Positions 1-13,750 of a stretch of DNA of 64,000 bases are shown piece after piece (within the stretch, counting starts at the first letter, position 1; every line of letters starts with the position of its first letter). The stretch is from assembly GCF_009914755.1 (NCBI RefSeq), contig NC_060930.1; one strand, 5' to 3'. The DNA comes from the human T2T-CHM13v2.0 reference genome, Homo sapiens. Below the pieces are notes generated by a model. That model was not told the origin of the DNA. It did no database searches and worked only from the letters and a program-made list of their open reading frames with translations. The translations under genes and the position numbers were made by a program.

Positions 1-2600
1 TTATAACTTCTGCTTTTGATGTCAAGATTAAGAACTCTTTGCTTAGTCCAAATCCCAAAAATATCTCCATTTTTTTCCTAAAAGTTTTATTATTTTATGT
101 TTAATTTTTAAACCCGTGGTCCATTTTTAAATGATTATCATAAGATAGGAAGTATAGATTAAGGTCCACTTTTTTGCCTATAGATGTCCAATTTTTCCAG
201 CATCATTTGTTGAGGGCCCTTCTTCCTCCATTGAAATGCTTTTGCACCTTTAAAACAAATCAATTGAGCATATTTGTGTGGGTCTAGTTCTGAATTCTCT
301 ATTCTGTTCACTGTTCTATATGTCTGTATGTTCCATATGTCTATCCCTCCACCAATCCACAGTCTTGATTACTGGAGCTATAATAGTAGGCTTTAATATC
401 AGGTAAAGTGATTGATCTCGTTTTATTCTTCTTTGTCAGCATTGTTTTAGCTATTCCAGGTCCTGTGCATTTCCATATAAATTTTAAAATAAGTTTGTAT
501 CTACCCCCCAAAAAAAACTTTGCTGAGATTTTGACAGGAATTTTATTAGACCTGTAGATCAATTTGGGAAGAATTGACATCTTTGCTATGATCAGTCTTC
601 CAATTCATAAACACGGTATTTCTCCTCACTTATTTAGGTCTTTTCTGATTTCTTTTATCTGCATTTCATAATCTCAATGCACATAAACCGTATGTGTTTT
701 TCTAAGTGGATATTTAAGTTATTTTTATTTGGAATTATTATAAATAATAATTTTGTGTTTCTAATTTTCATTTCCACATGATCATTGTTAGTATAAAGAA
801 ATATGATTAATTTTTATATTGATCATACATCGTGCAGCCTTAGTGAACTCACTTGTTTCAAGAGTGTCTTCGTAGATTTCTTGGGATTTTTCTGTAGACC
901 ATCATGCCATTTGTAAATAGAGACCATTTTATGTTTACCTTTCCAAACTGCATGGTTTTTTTTCTTTTATTTGGCTTATTGCAGCAACTATTAATATAAC
1001 TTACAATACTATGTTGAATAAGAGTGATGAAAGTATACATCTTGGTTGTTCTTAATGTTGGGGAAAAGCATTCAGTCTTTCACTATTAAGTATGATGTTA
1101 AGTTTGTTGTAAATGCTATTTATCGAATTAAACTGTTAAACCTCTTTTCCTAACTTGCCAAGAGTTTTTTTTAATCATAAATGGGTGTTGGATTTTGTCA
1201 AATGCTATTTCGTCATCAATTTATGTGATTTTTTTTTAGCTTTATTATATAATGCATTATATTGATTGATTTCAACCATTGAGCTAGCCTTGCATACCTG
1301 GAATAAATCCTACTTGCCTATATATTGACTGATTGACTGTTTGCTAATATTTTGCTGAGGATTTTTTGTGTCTAAGTTTATGATAAATATGGGTATGTAG
1401 TTTTTGTTTTGCTTTGTTTTATTGTCTTTGTCTGGTTTTGGTGTCAGGATAATACTGACTTCATAAAATCATTGAGAAAGTTTTTTCTCCTCTATTTTCT
1501 GGGAGAAATTGTGTGAAAATGATATATTCTTATTTAAATGTCTGGTTGATTTTGCCAGTGAAACCATTTGACCTGGACATTTCTGTTTGGGGAGATTTTA
1601 AACTATGAGTTCAATTGCTTTAGCGGTTATAGGGCTACCTAGATTGTCTATTTCTTCTTTGTTGAGTTTTGGTAGCTTGTAGTTTTAAAGGATTTGGTCC
1701 ATTTCTTCTAAGTTATCAAGTGTATGTGCGTAAAGTTACCATAGTACTCCTTCATTTTTTCAGTGGCGTAGAATCTATACTGATATCCCCTATTACATTC
1801 CTGACATTGGGGATTTTCATCAGCTTTCAAGAAAGAGATTTATCAACTTTATTGATTTTCTCAAGGAACCACTTTTTTGTTTCATGGATTTTCCATATTG
1901 TTTTCCTCTTTTCAGTTTCATTAATTTTTGCTCTTTTCTATGTTATTTCCTTCTATCTGCTTCCTTTGGGTTTATTTTACCCTTCTTTTTCCAATTTCTT
2001 GAGGTAGGTACTCAGATTATTAATATGAGAACTTTCTTCATCTACAATGTAAGCATTTAGTGCTATAAATTTTCCTCTCAGCACTGCTTTTACTGCATCC
2101 TACATATTTTGTTATGTCATTTTTTTATTTTCATTCAGTTCAATTTTTTTAAAATTTTTGAGACTTTCTCTTTGACCAATGGACTACTGGGAATATTGTT
2201 TAATTTCCACATGTTTAGAGATTTGCTTGTTGTCTTTCTGTTATTGATTTCTAGTTTTATTCCATTGTGGCTTGAGAACACATTCTGTCTGATTTTATTC
2301 TTTTAAACTTGTTGAAATTTGTTTATGACCCGGAATATAATCTATCTTAATAAATGTGCATGGGTGCTTTTTAAAAATGTGTATTCTGCTGATGTTGGGT
2401 GAAATGTCTCATATCAGTCAGATCCTGCAGGTTGAATGTGTTGTTCAAATAGTTCACATACTTGTTAATTTTCATTCTAGTAGTGCTATGCCCATAGTTC
2501 TGAGCAAGGATAAGGTGGGTTGATGAAGTTCCCAAATACGACTTAACATTTGTCTATTTTTCCTTTCAGCCCTATTGGTTTTGCTTTATGAATTTTGAGA
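1..2600 (-). mobile_element. Old L1M-type LINE-1 ORF2 fragment
   Basis: T-rich antisense L1; minus-strand ORF 341-580 MSILPKLIYRSNKIPVKI resembles L1 ORF2; heavily decayed. Confidence 0.8.
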
Positions 2601-4538
2601 CTGTCTTGTCATTTTCCCCTCACCTTCTTAAAAAAAAAAGCAGCAAGCAATATTTCTGAACAATAGGGCTTGAATAAAGAACTTGTAAATGTACTTTATC
2701 CTGCCTTACTGCAGCAGAGGAATAGTGCAGTGACCTTGGCATACCTAAGAACAATGGGCATATATCTGTCATTTGTTAAGAACAATGGACATATTGGTGT
2801 CATCTGTTTCCATGAAAAAGAAAAATTACTACACAGTAGTGTTCGGGGGCTCAGGCCACATTTGGGATTTTCTTGGGATCCCTTATAATATGAGTACTCA
2901 CAACTGGAGTGCCAAATGTCCTGGCATAAGCAGGAATTAGGGGCAGGGATTAAAAAGTGGATCTGCCATTCAACCTAGGTTGGGCACAGGCACAACTACA
3001 TGGGCATTTTGGGCCTGAGTATGTTTTCCATATTTGGAAAGATGTGCTGGATTAACAAGAAATGATCTGGCACTTTAGATACCTTAATAAATGAACAGAC
3101 TCAACTACCCAGATATACATTCAAAACCAAAACAAAGCCAAAATCAAACAAAACCTTCGGATTATTAATGAATGTATGTTGACCCTAATTTTGGTTATCT
3201 GTGCATAAAGTCATCTTTGAAGGTTTATCCTATAAGTAATTTTGAATAACTGTGAGTAAGCAGTGATGATATTGGGTATTTATTTCCCATCATGAGAAAT
3301 ATTTGTGGATTACTTAGTGCAAAATAAGAGAAGGATAGAATGATATAGCTCTACTAGGCATTTCAAAAGTGCAGCATATCATCACATGCTCTAATTAAAG
3401 AAACAGACATTTGCCTGAAATTTGCAACAAAAATGCCACTTTTATAAATTTGGTAACAGTTTTTATCCTGCGAGTAAGAATGGGAGAATGGGGAGTAGGT
3501 TAGAATGTTTACTTTCTCTGCTTTGTATTTCTGTGATGTTTGGAAGTTTTAATAAAGACAATATATTACTTTTACAATTAAGCTATTATAACAACAATCT
3601 ATAAATATTGTTCTACATTATAAATCTTGAATCAACCCTCGTTTTAAAACAAGAAAGTGAATTATTTTTTAAAGGAAAAACAATTTTGATAAATAAAGTG
3701 CCTGTCCCTATAGAGACAGCAAGGTGACTGTGCTAAGCTTGCTCCAGAAATGCTTTCGTTTTACAAATTCCATTTGGTTTTTCATTCTATCATCGACTGT
3801 TTAATGAGCCACTCTAGCTGGCCTTTCCCCAGGGTTAACTCACAACTCTTCCTAAATAATCTCAGTCATTTTCCTGGAGCAGGTGTTGTTTTCTAGGCAG
3901 CTCTTGCCAAAGGGCAGCATAATAATTAACAAGCTTCAGATCTGGAGGATTCAGGGTCTCATTTCTGGCAAAGGATATGTGTGTCACACTGTAATGCTTT
4001 TGAAACTTACTGTTTTATAAGGAGATTTTGACACTGTAACGAAAGAATTCAGTATACTTCGAAATATTTGCTTCTTTTTCTCTAAGAACAACTCTCGAAG
4101 ATTTAGAGATTATGTCACTCCTTGCAGCAAAATGAAGCTCTATTTTCTGTAAAACTTGCCATTATATTTCAGGATCGCTATTTTATTTCAGATATTTCAC
4201 ATGTTACTGGGTAGCTAAAGTCAGCTACACTATAAATTCCAGACGAGACAGATCCATTATTCAGCCTGCACATTTAGTATTGAAACTGACTCCCAAATTT
4301 ACGAAGCATTAATGACTTGAAAAGGAATAGCATTCCATGATAGGAAATGCAGACAGTATGAGGTTCAAATGCTGTCCAGATTTAGTTTGATCTGGAGAAA
4401 GGAAATGTTCTTAACTTTAGATATTAACAACTAGATCCTTTAGACAAAGTGCCTAAATGTCCAAAAATATGCATAGAGCTTCTTACTGTGGTTTGCTCCA
4501 TAATGCTTCTCTCTGATATGTCTTATCTGATATTTTAG

Positions 4539-4739
<201 letters not shown>

Positions 4740-4744
4740 TGATT

Positions 4745-4985
4745 AATATTAAAAGCTAACATCCATGGAGTACTTATCATGGACCGGGCACTCTTGTGTC
4801 TTGAAAATGTTGACTCATTTGATGTTGTCTCCACAGCATTATGAGGTAGATATTTTTATTATCCCCATTTTACAGTTGAAGAATTTGAGACAAAGAGAGA
4901 CGGAGTTAGTTGCTGAATGTCATACAGCTACTAAGTGGTAGAGCTTGAATTTTAGCCAGGCAATCTGGCTCTAGAATACCCACTT
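4745..4985 (-). mobile_element. MIR SINE
   Basis: MIR core ttattatccccattttacagttgaagaa...gagacaaagaga...ctaagtggtagagc. Confidence 0.75.
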
Positions 4986-6606
4986 ATATCAATTAACTTA
5001 TATGGAAATACATGTTTCTCCAGTGTTGCCCTAATTTAGGGGAACATTGATTTCAGTGAGTATAAAAAACCCTTTTTGCTCTACAATATGACACCAGTTT
5101 ATGCTCTGGATCAGCTGGAATAGATAGCCATACATTGGTACTGGTAATGCATATCAATTAACATTCTTCAAGAATGATTATAAGTATGGTTTGCTTAATG
5201 CATTGGTAACTGTAGACTGGACAAAGTGCTCTACACTCTGAAATATGAATCCCCCACCCTCCAATCCAAAATACCCAAATACATAGCACATCTCTGCACC
5301 TCCCTAGCTGCCATTGTTTCTGAGAGACATCATTCACCTGGGTTCTAGCTTGAAATTGTACTTCCTAATGAAGATGCCATAGAGCATTCTGGAATTAAGA
5401 TCTAGCATTTCCCAGTAATATTTAAAAGTATTATAAAATGGAAAAGTCTATATATAAAAGCTATTATTATTATTATTTAGTAGCTAAATTTGGCTCTCTT
5501 GCTTTTTTGTCTTTCTCACTTCCTAGGCAGCCATTCAAATCCAAATACTGAAAATTCTTGATGAGGCTTATTTATTTCAACTATTTTCAACCTGAAAAAG
5601 TAGGTTTTTAATTTACAAAATAGTTTAGGCTATCTTCTACAGCTACCACAGGTTTTCTGTTTTGTTTTAGGAGTCAGGAATTGTTGCGTAATCTTCTCAG
5701 TTTCCTCCCTTACTCCTGTTCCCTATGGTGGGGGCAGAGTGGATTTAAGGAAGAAAGTGTATCACCATCCATGGGCACTGTTAAGAAGAATCCTTTATTC
5801 CATACTTCTTTCATAGTATGCACATCTCAAAAGTCTCCACTTATTAAACCAGAATTTATGGAAATGTGGCTGTGTGTGAGGCACTGGTGTTACAATAGTG
5901 AATCTAGTGGAATTCTCAGTTAAATCTATCTTAAAATACCTTGTTTGGCCCTCACGAATGCAGTCTGTTTGTCTGTCTTCTCCAATAATAGGCTTTACTG
6001 CTTTTTGGAAGCCATCATGCTAAGGTATGGAGCAAAGTCGGTGGTAACTCCAAGCCTTGCAGGTTCATAAAGCCCCAAGGCATATTAGTGAAGGCATTAG
6101 ATTTTTCTCCCTGGAGATGCTTTTTTCTCTCTGAATTCTCTACTCAGGCAGCATTACAAAGGACTGTAACCTGATGTGAAACTACTGCACAACAAGTACT
6201 TTCTGTCCCATAAGGGGCCCAAACAAAACAATTCACAAGGCAGATGGTTAGCCAAGATTCACTCAACTTCTACAGGATAAGGTCAGTTCATGGATGACTG
6301 GAAAAATGTTTCATTCCAGATTTTAAAACCAATTAAAAATTGGTTTTGTTCCAATTTCAGAAGCAATGCCAATGTATCTCTGGCCTCCATGCGAAAAAGA
6401 AAGCTTTTTCCCAGATGTCTGCTGCCTTTTGATAGCTGTTTTCAGCTACGGATACATCAACACATCTTAGTCCTTTAGTCTTTCTCTTCCTGCCTCAGAT
6501 CCTTGCAGGTCTTGATATAATATGTAGTTCTAAAAATGATGTTATGTTATCTATAATCTTACTTGCCTTTGGATGTATCAATAGTGACCTTAAAAATTTA
6601 GTATGA

Positions 6607-6890
6607 TGCCTGGCGCAGTCACTCCTGCCTGTAATCCCAGCCCTTTGGAAGGCTGAGGAAGGCAGATCACTTGAGCCCAGGAGTTTAAGACCAGCCTGGG
6701 ATGGAAAGACCTGTCTCTACAAAAATTTAAAAATTAGCTGGGCATGGTGGCATACACCTGTAGTCCCAGCTACTCAGAAGGCTGAGACTGGAGGATCATT
6801 TGAGCCCAGGAGTTTGAGGCTGCAGTGAGCCATGTTCCTGCCACTACACTCCAGCCTGAGTAAAAAGAGTAAGACCCTGTCTCAAAAAAA
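6607..6890 (+). mobile_element. AluJ-like
   Basis: Alu dimer with tgagcccaggagttt and gaggctgcagtgagc; flanked by TAGTATGA on both sides. Confidence 0.9.
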
Positions 6891-9067
6891 TACTAGTATG
6901 ACATGGTTTACGCATAATTGCAGTTTTGTTAACCCTTCAGACCTTTTCTTTATTTAGATATTTTACCTCTAGGAAATTAATTGCTTTGGAAGAAAATTTC
7001 ATGGATAAATATATAATGAATCCCCATTAGAACAAAGTCTAGATTTGTACTTACAGTTAGGATAATTATGAATTTTTTAGTCTTTTATTAAATGTACATG
7101 TTTGACCCATGGTCCAGCTGAATGGATGTTATAGTGAAGCATGTTCAAATGTGGCTTATCAGTATGAGGTCAGTAAAATTTAACCTACACAAAGGAATCA
7201 AACATCACCTTCCTGAAGGCAGCAAGCTGTACCAGATGACTGTTGAGACTATTTCTAGGCCCGTTCAACAGGTTCATAAAAACGCTTGATGTAACTGGTA
7301 AAATACTAAAGTGAACACTGTAGTCGCCTTGTTCAACCTAATTTACTGTGACAAAATGAAAAAAGAAATAGCATCTCTTATCTGTCCCTGATAACTGTTC
7401 TGAATGGGTGTTTGGAAATATAGCTAAAACCTCCCAAAACTTCATGTATTTGTAAGATTTGATTACTCTGAACATTCCAAGTACACACCCAAATATTTTT
7501 AGAAGTGTTGAGCATTCGAGAAAAGAACATAGAAAAGATTGTGGTAGACTGGCTGTGCCTTCAACCTGGGAAATGCTTTCTGTAAGCACACCAATGTTTT
7601 TCTTTCCAGTTGGAAATACACTGAAGCTGCTAGAGTGGTCAGCTAACAAGCCCCATGTACTATTGCACCCTATTGACAAAGGCCCAATTGATAGAGGTTT
7701 TATGGGCTAATTACTGAAGGTTTTAGCATGTCCCCTTCTGAACTGCCCACCTTCCTTACCCCTGCACTCTAGCCAAAACCAAGAGCATTTCAAAAGCCCA
7801 CTGATCTCACAAATCCTAAAATCATTACATATTTGTGTTTGGAAAACATATTTTAAACAATTATAACATAAGGGAAGAAATAAATCTATTTAACTTTTTT
7901 TAATTAGGTACTTTGTTTCATTACTACTGTACATTGATGTATGTCTGCTTGGTTTTAAGCATTTGCTTTGAAAATTAGTAAAATCTTATCTAGAACATAA
8001 AATTCTTCCTCATATCTATGTGTTCAATTTTTATCTCTCCCCTAAGACTCTTCTGTCATAATAACATTCTATAGCTATGAGCACTAATTGCTGTATTGCT
8101 GATGTGGATAGTCAAGTGTGTTTTGGGATGACCACCCAAGCTGCCCTTCATTTACCCAGACTGGCTGCTTTATGATTTCTCTATGTGAAAACACAAAACA
8201 CTCACCCAATAACATCGGCATAAAGAATTTGTGAATAACCTCTAAGACTGATTTCATAGTCATTCTTTTTTCTAGCTTTCATTACTGACCTACCCAAAAA
8301 TTGCAAATAGACCTAAGGCTGAAACTTGGATCACAATAATGAGCCTGATGTGTCAGGAAGCCAACAAATTACTTCTCACAGTGGCTTTTTTTAGATTCCT
8401 TGGTGACGCTTTCCAAAGGCAGATATAACAGGGCCATATTTTTCAGTCTTGCAGGGAGTCTCAGTGAGAAAATACCAGCCTGTTGTTAGTCTTGGATCTG
8501 CATTTGATGCTAAGTGTAAGTTGATTTCTTATTGTTATTTTAACAGTTTATTTTCAGTGTAATTATTTCCACAAGAGGACAAAAGAGGAATAAAATAAAA
8601 TTTTATTTTATCCTACGTGGATAAAATAAAATTGAAGCCTTTATTAAAATCGACCACATGGCTGAGACTACTCTAATATATCTATGATTTCATCTTATTA
8701 AAAGGCAACTTAAGTTGCTAATGTGTTCAAAAGTTAGATCAGACTCCCAAAACTGCCACTGTGTTCTAAATTGATTTTGAGACATCATTTTTCTGTTTCT
8801 CTGTCTTCTCTATCTTTTGTTCTAAGAGACTTACTCTTCAATGGCATTATTTTCTATACCTTCTACTCCCTTTTCCCTTTAGTAGAAATTATATTATTTC
8901 ACTTATTTTCTGTTAGTCATACACTCTTCTGCAACTTATTACTTCTAAGTGTTCAAACTCCCTCAGTGCATGTAGATTCCTTCCATGTGATTAACTGGAC
9001 CATCTGAGGACAATTAAAACCTGTTGGATTGGCTGATCACAAAACATTAAAACAATTTTAATCCCTC

Positions 9068-9665
<598 letters not shown>

Positions 9666-10309
9666 TTCTCATGATTTCACTCTAGAAAAATATACATACC
9701 CAACTGGAAAATTGTCTTTACTGTTTATTAGCATTTTAAAATTAAATTTAATTGAACCTTATCTATTGTCATCAACTTGTAAACAGAAGAACATGATACT
9801 ATTATGCTTATCATTAGTAATTCAAGATCTTTAAAGAAAAGCCAGGCTTTATAGAACATTAATTGCAGTATCAGCCTTAATTATATCAACTAAATTATGT
9901 TACCTATTGCTGCTCTCTAACCTGAATGGGAAATTAGGACCTAAAATAGACTTACTTACCTGTATCAAACTTGCATATACTCTTCAGTTGTTGTTATCAT
10001 GAGGCTCCCTGTGTATTTCCAAATTGGAGACCTCTGGAGAGCAAGTAACATTACTCGCAGGACTACCTTCAAATGTTTTTTAACATTAATAAACTATCGG
10101 TAATTTAGATAATTGTTGACCTGGTACACAAACTTGAAAGTTGAACTTACAAGACAGCTTGATTAGCTGATATGGTTGGACCACATGAAGAAAATTTATT
10201 TCCGAAGAGGAAAATGAATAAGGATTATTTCCCACTCTTTCTATAAACTTTAGTAGAGCACTATGATATACTGTATTAACATTCTGTACTATCACATGTT
10301 ACATAAGAA

Positions 10310-11080
10310 AATTCATTCACAGACAGGGTATTTATTATGTGTCAAACATAATCTTAAGTATAAAGGATACAAAAGCGACTAAAACACGGTCCCTGCCTGT
10401 AAGAATAGAATCTCCTGTGCCCTTAGAGAATGGCAAAACTTAAAGGAGGTATACTATAATTATGGTGTTACAGAGCAAAGGTGATGGAAATTGAAGTAGT
10501 CCTAGAAAGAAGGCTATGGAATATCATGAGTGATTGTATAAAACAAAGAAGCAAAGGACTACCCCCAGGTTTTCAAATTATGTTTGAGTCATCCACTGAA
10601 CATTTATACAATTTCTACCATGTCCAAGCATGCTTATGGATGCTGGAGAGGCTGTATGGCACCAAATGGGCAAGGTCTTCCTTCTTATAGAGATAATATT
10701 CGTGTGGACAAAGAAAAACAATACACAAATATGTTTTTGAAAAACAAGATAATGTCATCTACAGATAAGCACAATGAAGAAAATAAAACAGAAAGAGTAG
10801 AGGCTACCTTAGCTTGGGTGGTCTGAGAAAGTCTTTCTAAGTAGTTGACACTTGAGTTGACCTGAATATTAAGAAGAAGCCAGCCATGAGGAGGTTTAGA
10901 CACAGATCTTTCCAGGCCAGGGAATAGTAATTGCAAGGATTATTAACACTTGATGAGCTTGGGTTGTACAAGGTGGAGACATAAGGTCTCGTGGCTGGAG
11001 CTCAATGAGCAGTGGGGAGAATAGCAGAAGGTGATAGGGGAGACAGGCAGAGGTCACACCCTGAAGGCCATGTAGGCTCT
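10310..11080 (-). mobile_element. L2 fragments
   Basis: attcattcac...cacggtccctgcc and tgagttgacctgaat...agaagccagccatg...ttccaggccagggaa are L2 3'-region motifs. Confidence 0.65.
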
Positions 11081-12513
11081 GCTACCCTGAATCAAGGTTC
11101 CTTCTAAAGACAGGCCACCAGGCAAAGGTCCTACGGGTTGCTGGCAGGCCTAATATGAATACTATTCAGGTTATGAACAGCAGCATTAATCAGGCAACAA
11201 AAAGTATGGCTGTTTAATGCCCTGGGTTTTTTAGTCATGTATGCCTGTTGGAACTTCATATCAGCAATATACAAATTATTACCCATTTATGTTTATAAAA
11301 AACATAAACATAAGTTTATAAGGAAATAATCCTCTGAATTTTGTTTCTATATTTCTGCCCTTAGAAACATGAAATTTTACATTGTTTTTTAAAATGTTAT
11401 TTTTCTATGAGGAACTGGAATTAGAATGTGATGGAAACTTTTTTACAGCCCCAGTGGTATCACCAGTAAGCAGTTCCTAAGATCCTCCTTGCCAAGGGAC
11501 TCTATTCCATACTCTTAGTTATGATGATTGCAGTGCAGAATTATTTCATTAAAGATTGTTTATTTCTTTTGAGAAATTGTCCCTTTTTGCCTTGAGATGT
11601 TATCTGAAACTGTATGATCAATAAGAAGCATTAAACTGTCACTATGGGGTAAATTTTCAAAGTGGTGCCTGCAATTTGCCAGTATGAGTCCCATTAACTT
11701 CTGTGGAAGTCCTGCAGTTAAACCCCTGCACATGGCTTTGAAAATGTTCTACAAGTTTGTCTTTGTGGTGCCTTTTTTATTTTTAATAAATATCACAGAG
11801 CAACTCAGTGCATAGTTGATTGCAGTATTTAAGAACGTGGATAATGTACTGTGCAGGAGGAGACTTTTAAAATTAGATTTTAAAGCTTCATTTCTATTAA
11901 GAGTCACAACAACAATATAAATACATCTTTAGTTCTTCAAAGAGCACCTTTCTATAAAGGAATTTGGAGCTCAATTAGAATATAGAGCTTATAAAGCAGC
12001 ACCATGTCCCTCTGAGACATTGTTTACTTCACTCTATAGATGGAAAAGTCGAGGCACTGTGAAGTGGGGGTGCTTTGTCCTTAGCCCATAAATCAGCAGT
12101 AAAGCTAGGAATAGCATGCTGGCCTCCCAATAGCTCATTGCTCTAAAGCACTGCCTCTTGTTAGAGTCAAATTTAATTATAGTATAATCCGTTTAATCTA
12201 CATGTGGAGAAATAATGAAGGAGCAGGAAAAATGAATTTCTTAACAGATCAGTGGAAAACCATATTACATAGATTAGCAACTGTCTTTTCAAGATCCGTA
12301 TTTTCGGCATGTACTAGATGGTATCTGATGCCATGAAAGCAAATATTCTAATTCCACTGGCCAGAACTGGCAAAGAACTTCTTATTTTCCTCACTTTGAA
12401 ACATAAGTAAAGGGGTTCCACTTGAAAATTAATAAGCCATGTGATATGATTCGATTCCTGTCCCCAAATCTCCCTCCTTCTAGGGGCCATTGTCTAAAGT
12501 CTAAAAGAAAACA

Positions 12514-12825
12514 TACCAGGCACAGTGGCTCATGCCTGTAATCCCAGCACTTTAAAGGGAGAGCAAGGTAGGAGGATCACTTGAGCCTAGGAGTTCAAAA
12601 TCATCAACCTGGGCAACATAATGAGACCCTATCTCTACAAAAAAAACAAACAAAAACAAAAACAAACAAAAAAAACTGTAATAGCTGGGTGTGGTGGAAC
12701 ACACTGGTAGTCTCAGCTACTCAGGAGGCTGATAGGAGAAGGTAACTTCTGCCCAGGAATTCAAGGCTGCAGTGAATTATGATTGCACCACTGTACTGCA
12801 GCCTGGGCAACAGAGTAAGACAGAG
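12514..12825 (+). mobile_element. AluJ-like with (AAAC)n-expanded linker
   Basis: Alu left and right arms; tail converted to GA/GGAA repeats. Confidence 0.88.
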
Positions 12826-12990
12826 AGAGAGAGAGACAAAGAGAAAGGAAGGAAGGAAAGAAGGAAGGAGGGAAGGAAGGAAGGAAGGAAGGAAGGAAGG
12901 AAGGAAGGAAGGAAGGAAGGAAGGAAGGAAGGGAAGAAGGAAGGAAGGGAGGGAGGGAAGGAGGGAGGGAAAGAAAGGAAAGGAAAGAAA
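12822..12990 (+). repeat. Polypurine (GA)n/(GGAA)n microsatellite; 15 uninterrupted GGAA at 12871-12930
   Basis: Counted directly from the sequence. Confidence 0.97.
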
Positions 12991-13019
12991 ATAAATGTAA
13001 CTATTATAAAAGATGTTCA

Positions 13020-13750
13020 ATGTTTTATTTTGGAATAACTTTAGACTTACTTAGAAGTTGCAAAAATAGTACAGAATTTCCATGTTCAAATGTACTCTTT
13101 ACCTAACTTTCCCCAAAATATTTTACCTACGTATACTGCAATTATCAAAACCAGGATATGAATACATACTATTAGCTATAGTCTTTATTTGAATTTCACC
13201 AGTTTTTACATGCGCTCAATTTTTATATACACTCCTATAAAATTTTCTCACATGTATATATGCATTTAACCACCACCACAATCAAAATACAAAACTTTTC
13301 CATCACCCTAAATAAACTTGGAATGATATACTTTGTATTATTCCTTTACAGGTACTCCCTCTCTTCAATCCTAACCTCTGGGAACCACTATATCTGTTCT
13401 GTTTCACTGTAATTTTGTCATTTTTATAATGTTATATAAATGAAATTGTAAAGTAGTAATCTTTTGAAATTGGCTTTTTCTTACACAGCATGATGCTCTT
13501 GAGATCCATCCAAGTGCATCAATAGTGCATTCCTGTTTATTGCTTAATAGAATTCCATGATCTAGATGTAACACAATTTGTATATTCATTTACCTAATCA
13601 AGGTCATTTGGGCTGCTTCTAGTTTTTGGCTATTACAAATAAGGCAGCTATGTACATTCATGTGTAGGTTTGTGTATGAACGTAAGTTTTTATTTCTCTA
13701 GGGTCATATAGTGCTAGTTCACCTTTATCAGAAACTGCCAAACTATTTCC
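13020..13750 (-). mobile_element. Old L1M 3'-end fragment
   Basis: ataactttagacttac...agaagttgcaaaaatagtacaga and tggctattacaaataaggcagctatgtacattcatgtg motifs. Confidence 0.75.

Noticed and set aside
12721-13038. KEGR- and PSFL-repeat ORFs
   Set aside because: Translations of the GGAA/TTCC microsatellite and Alu
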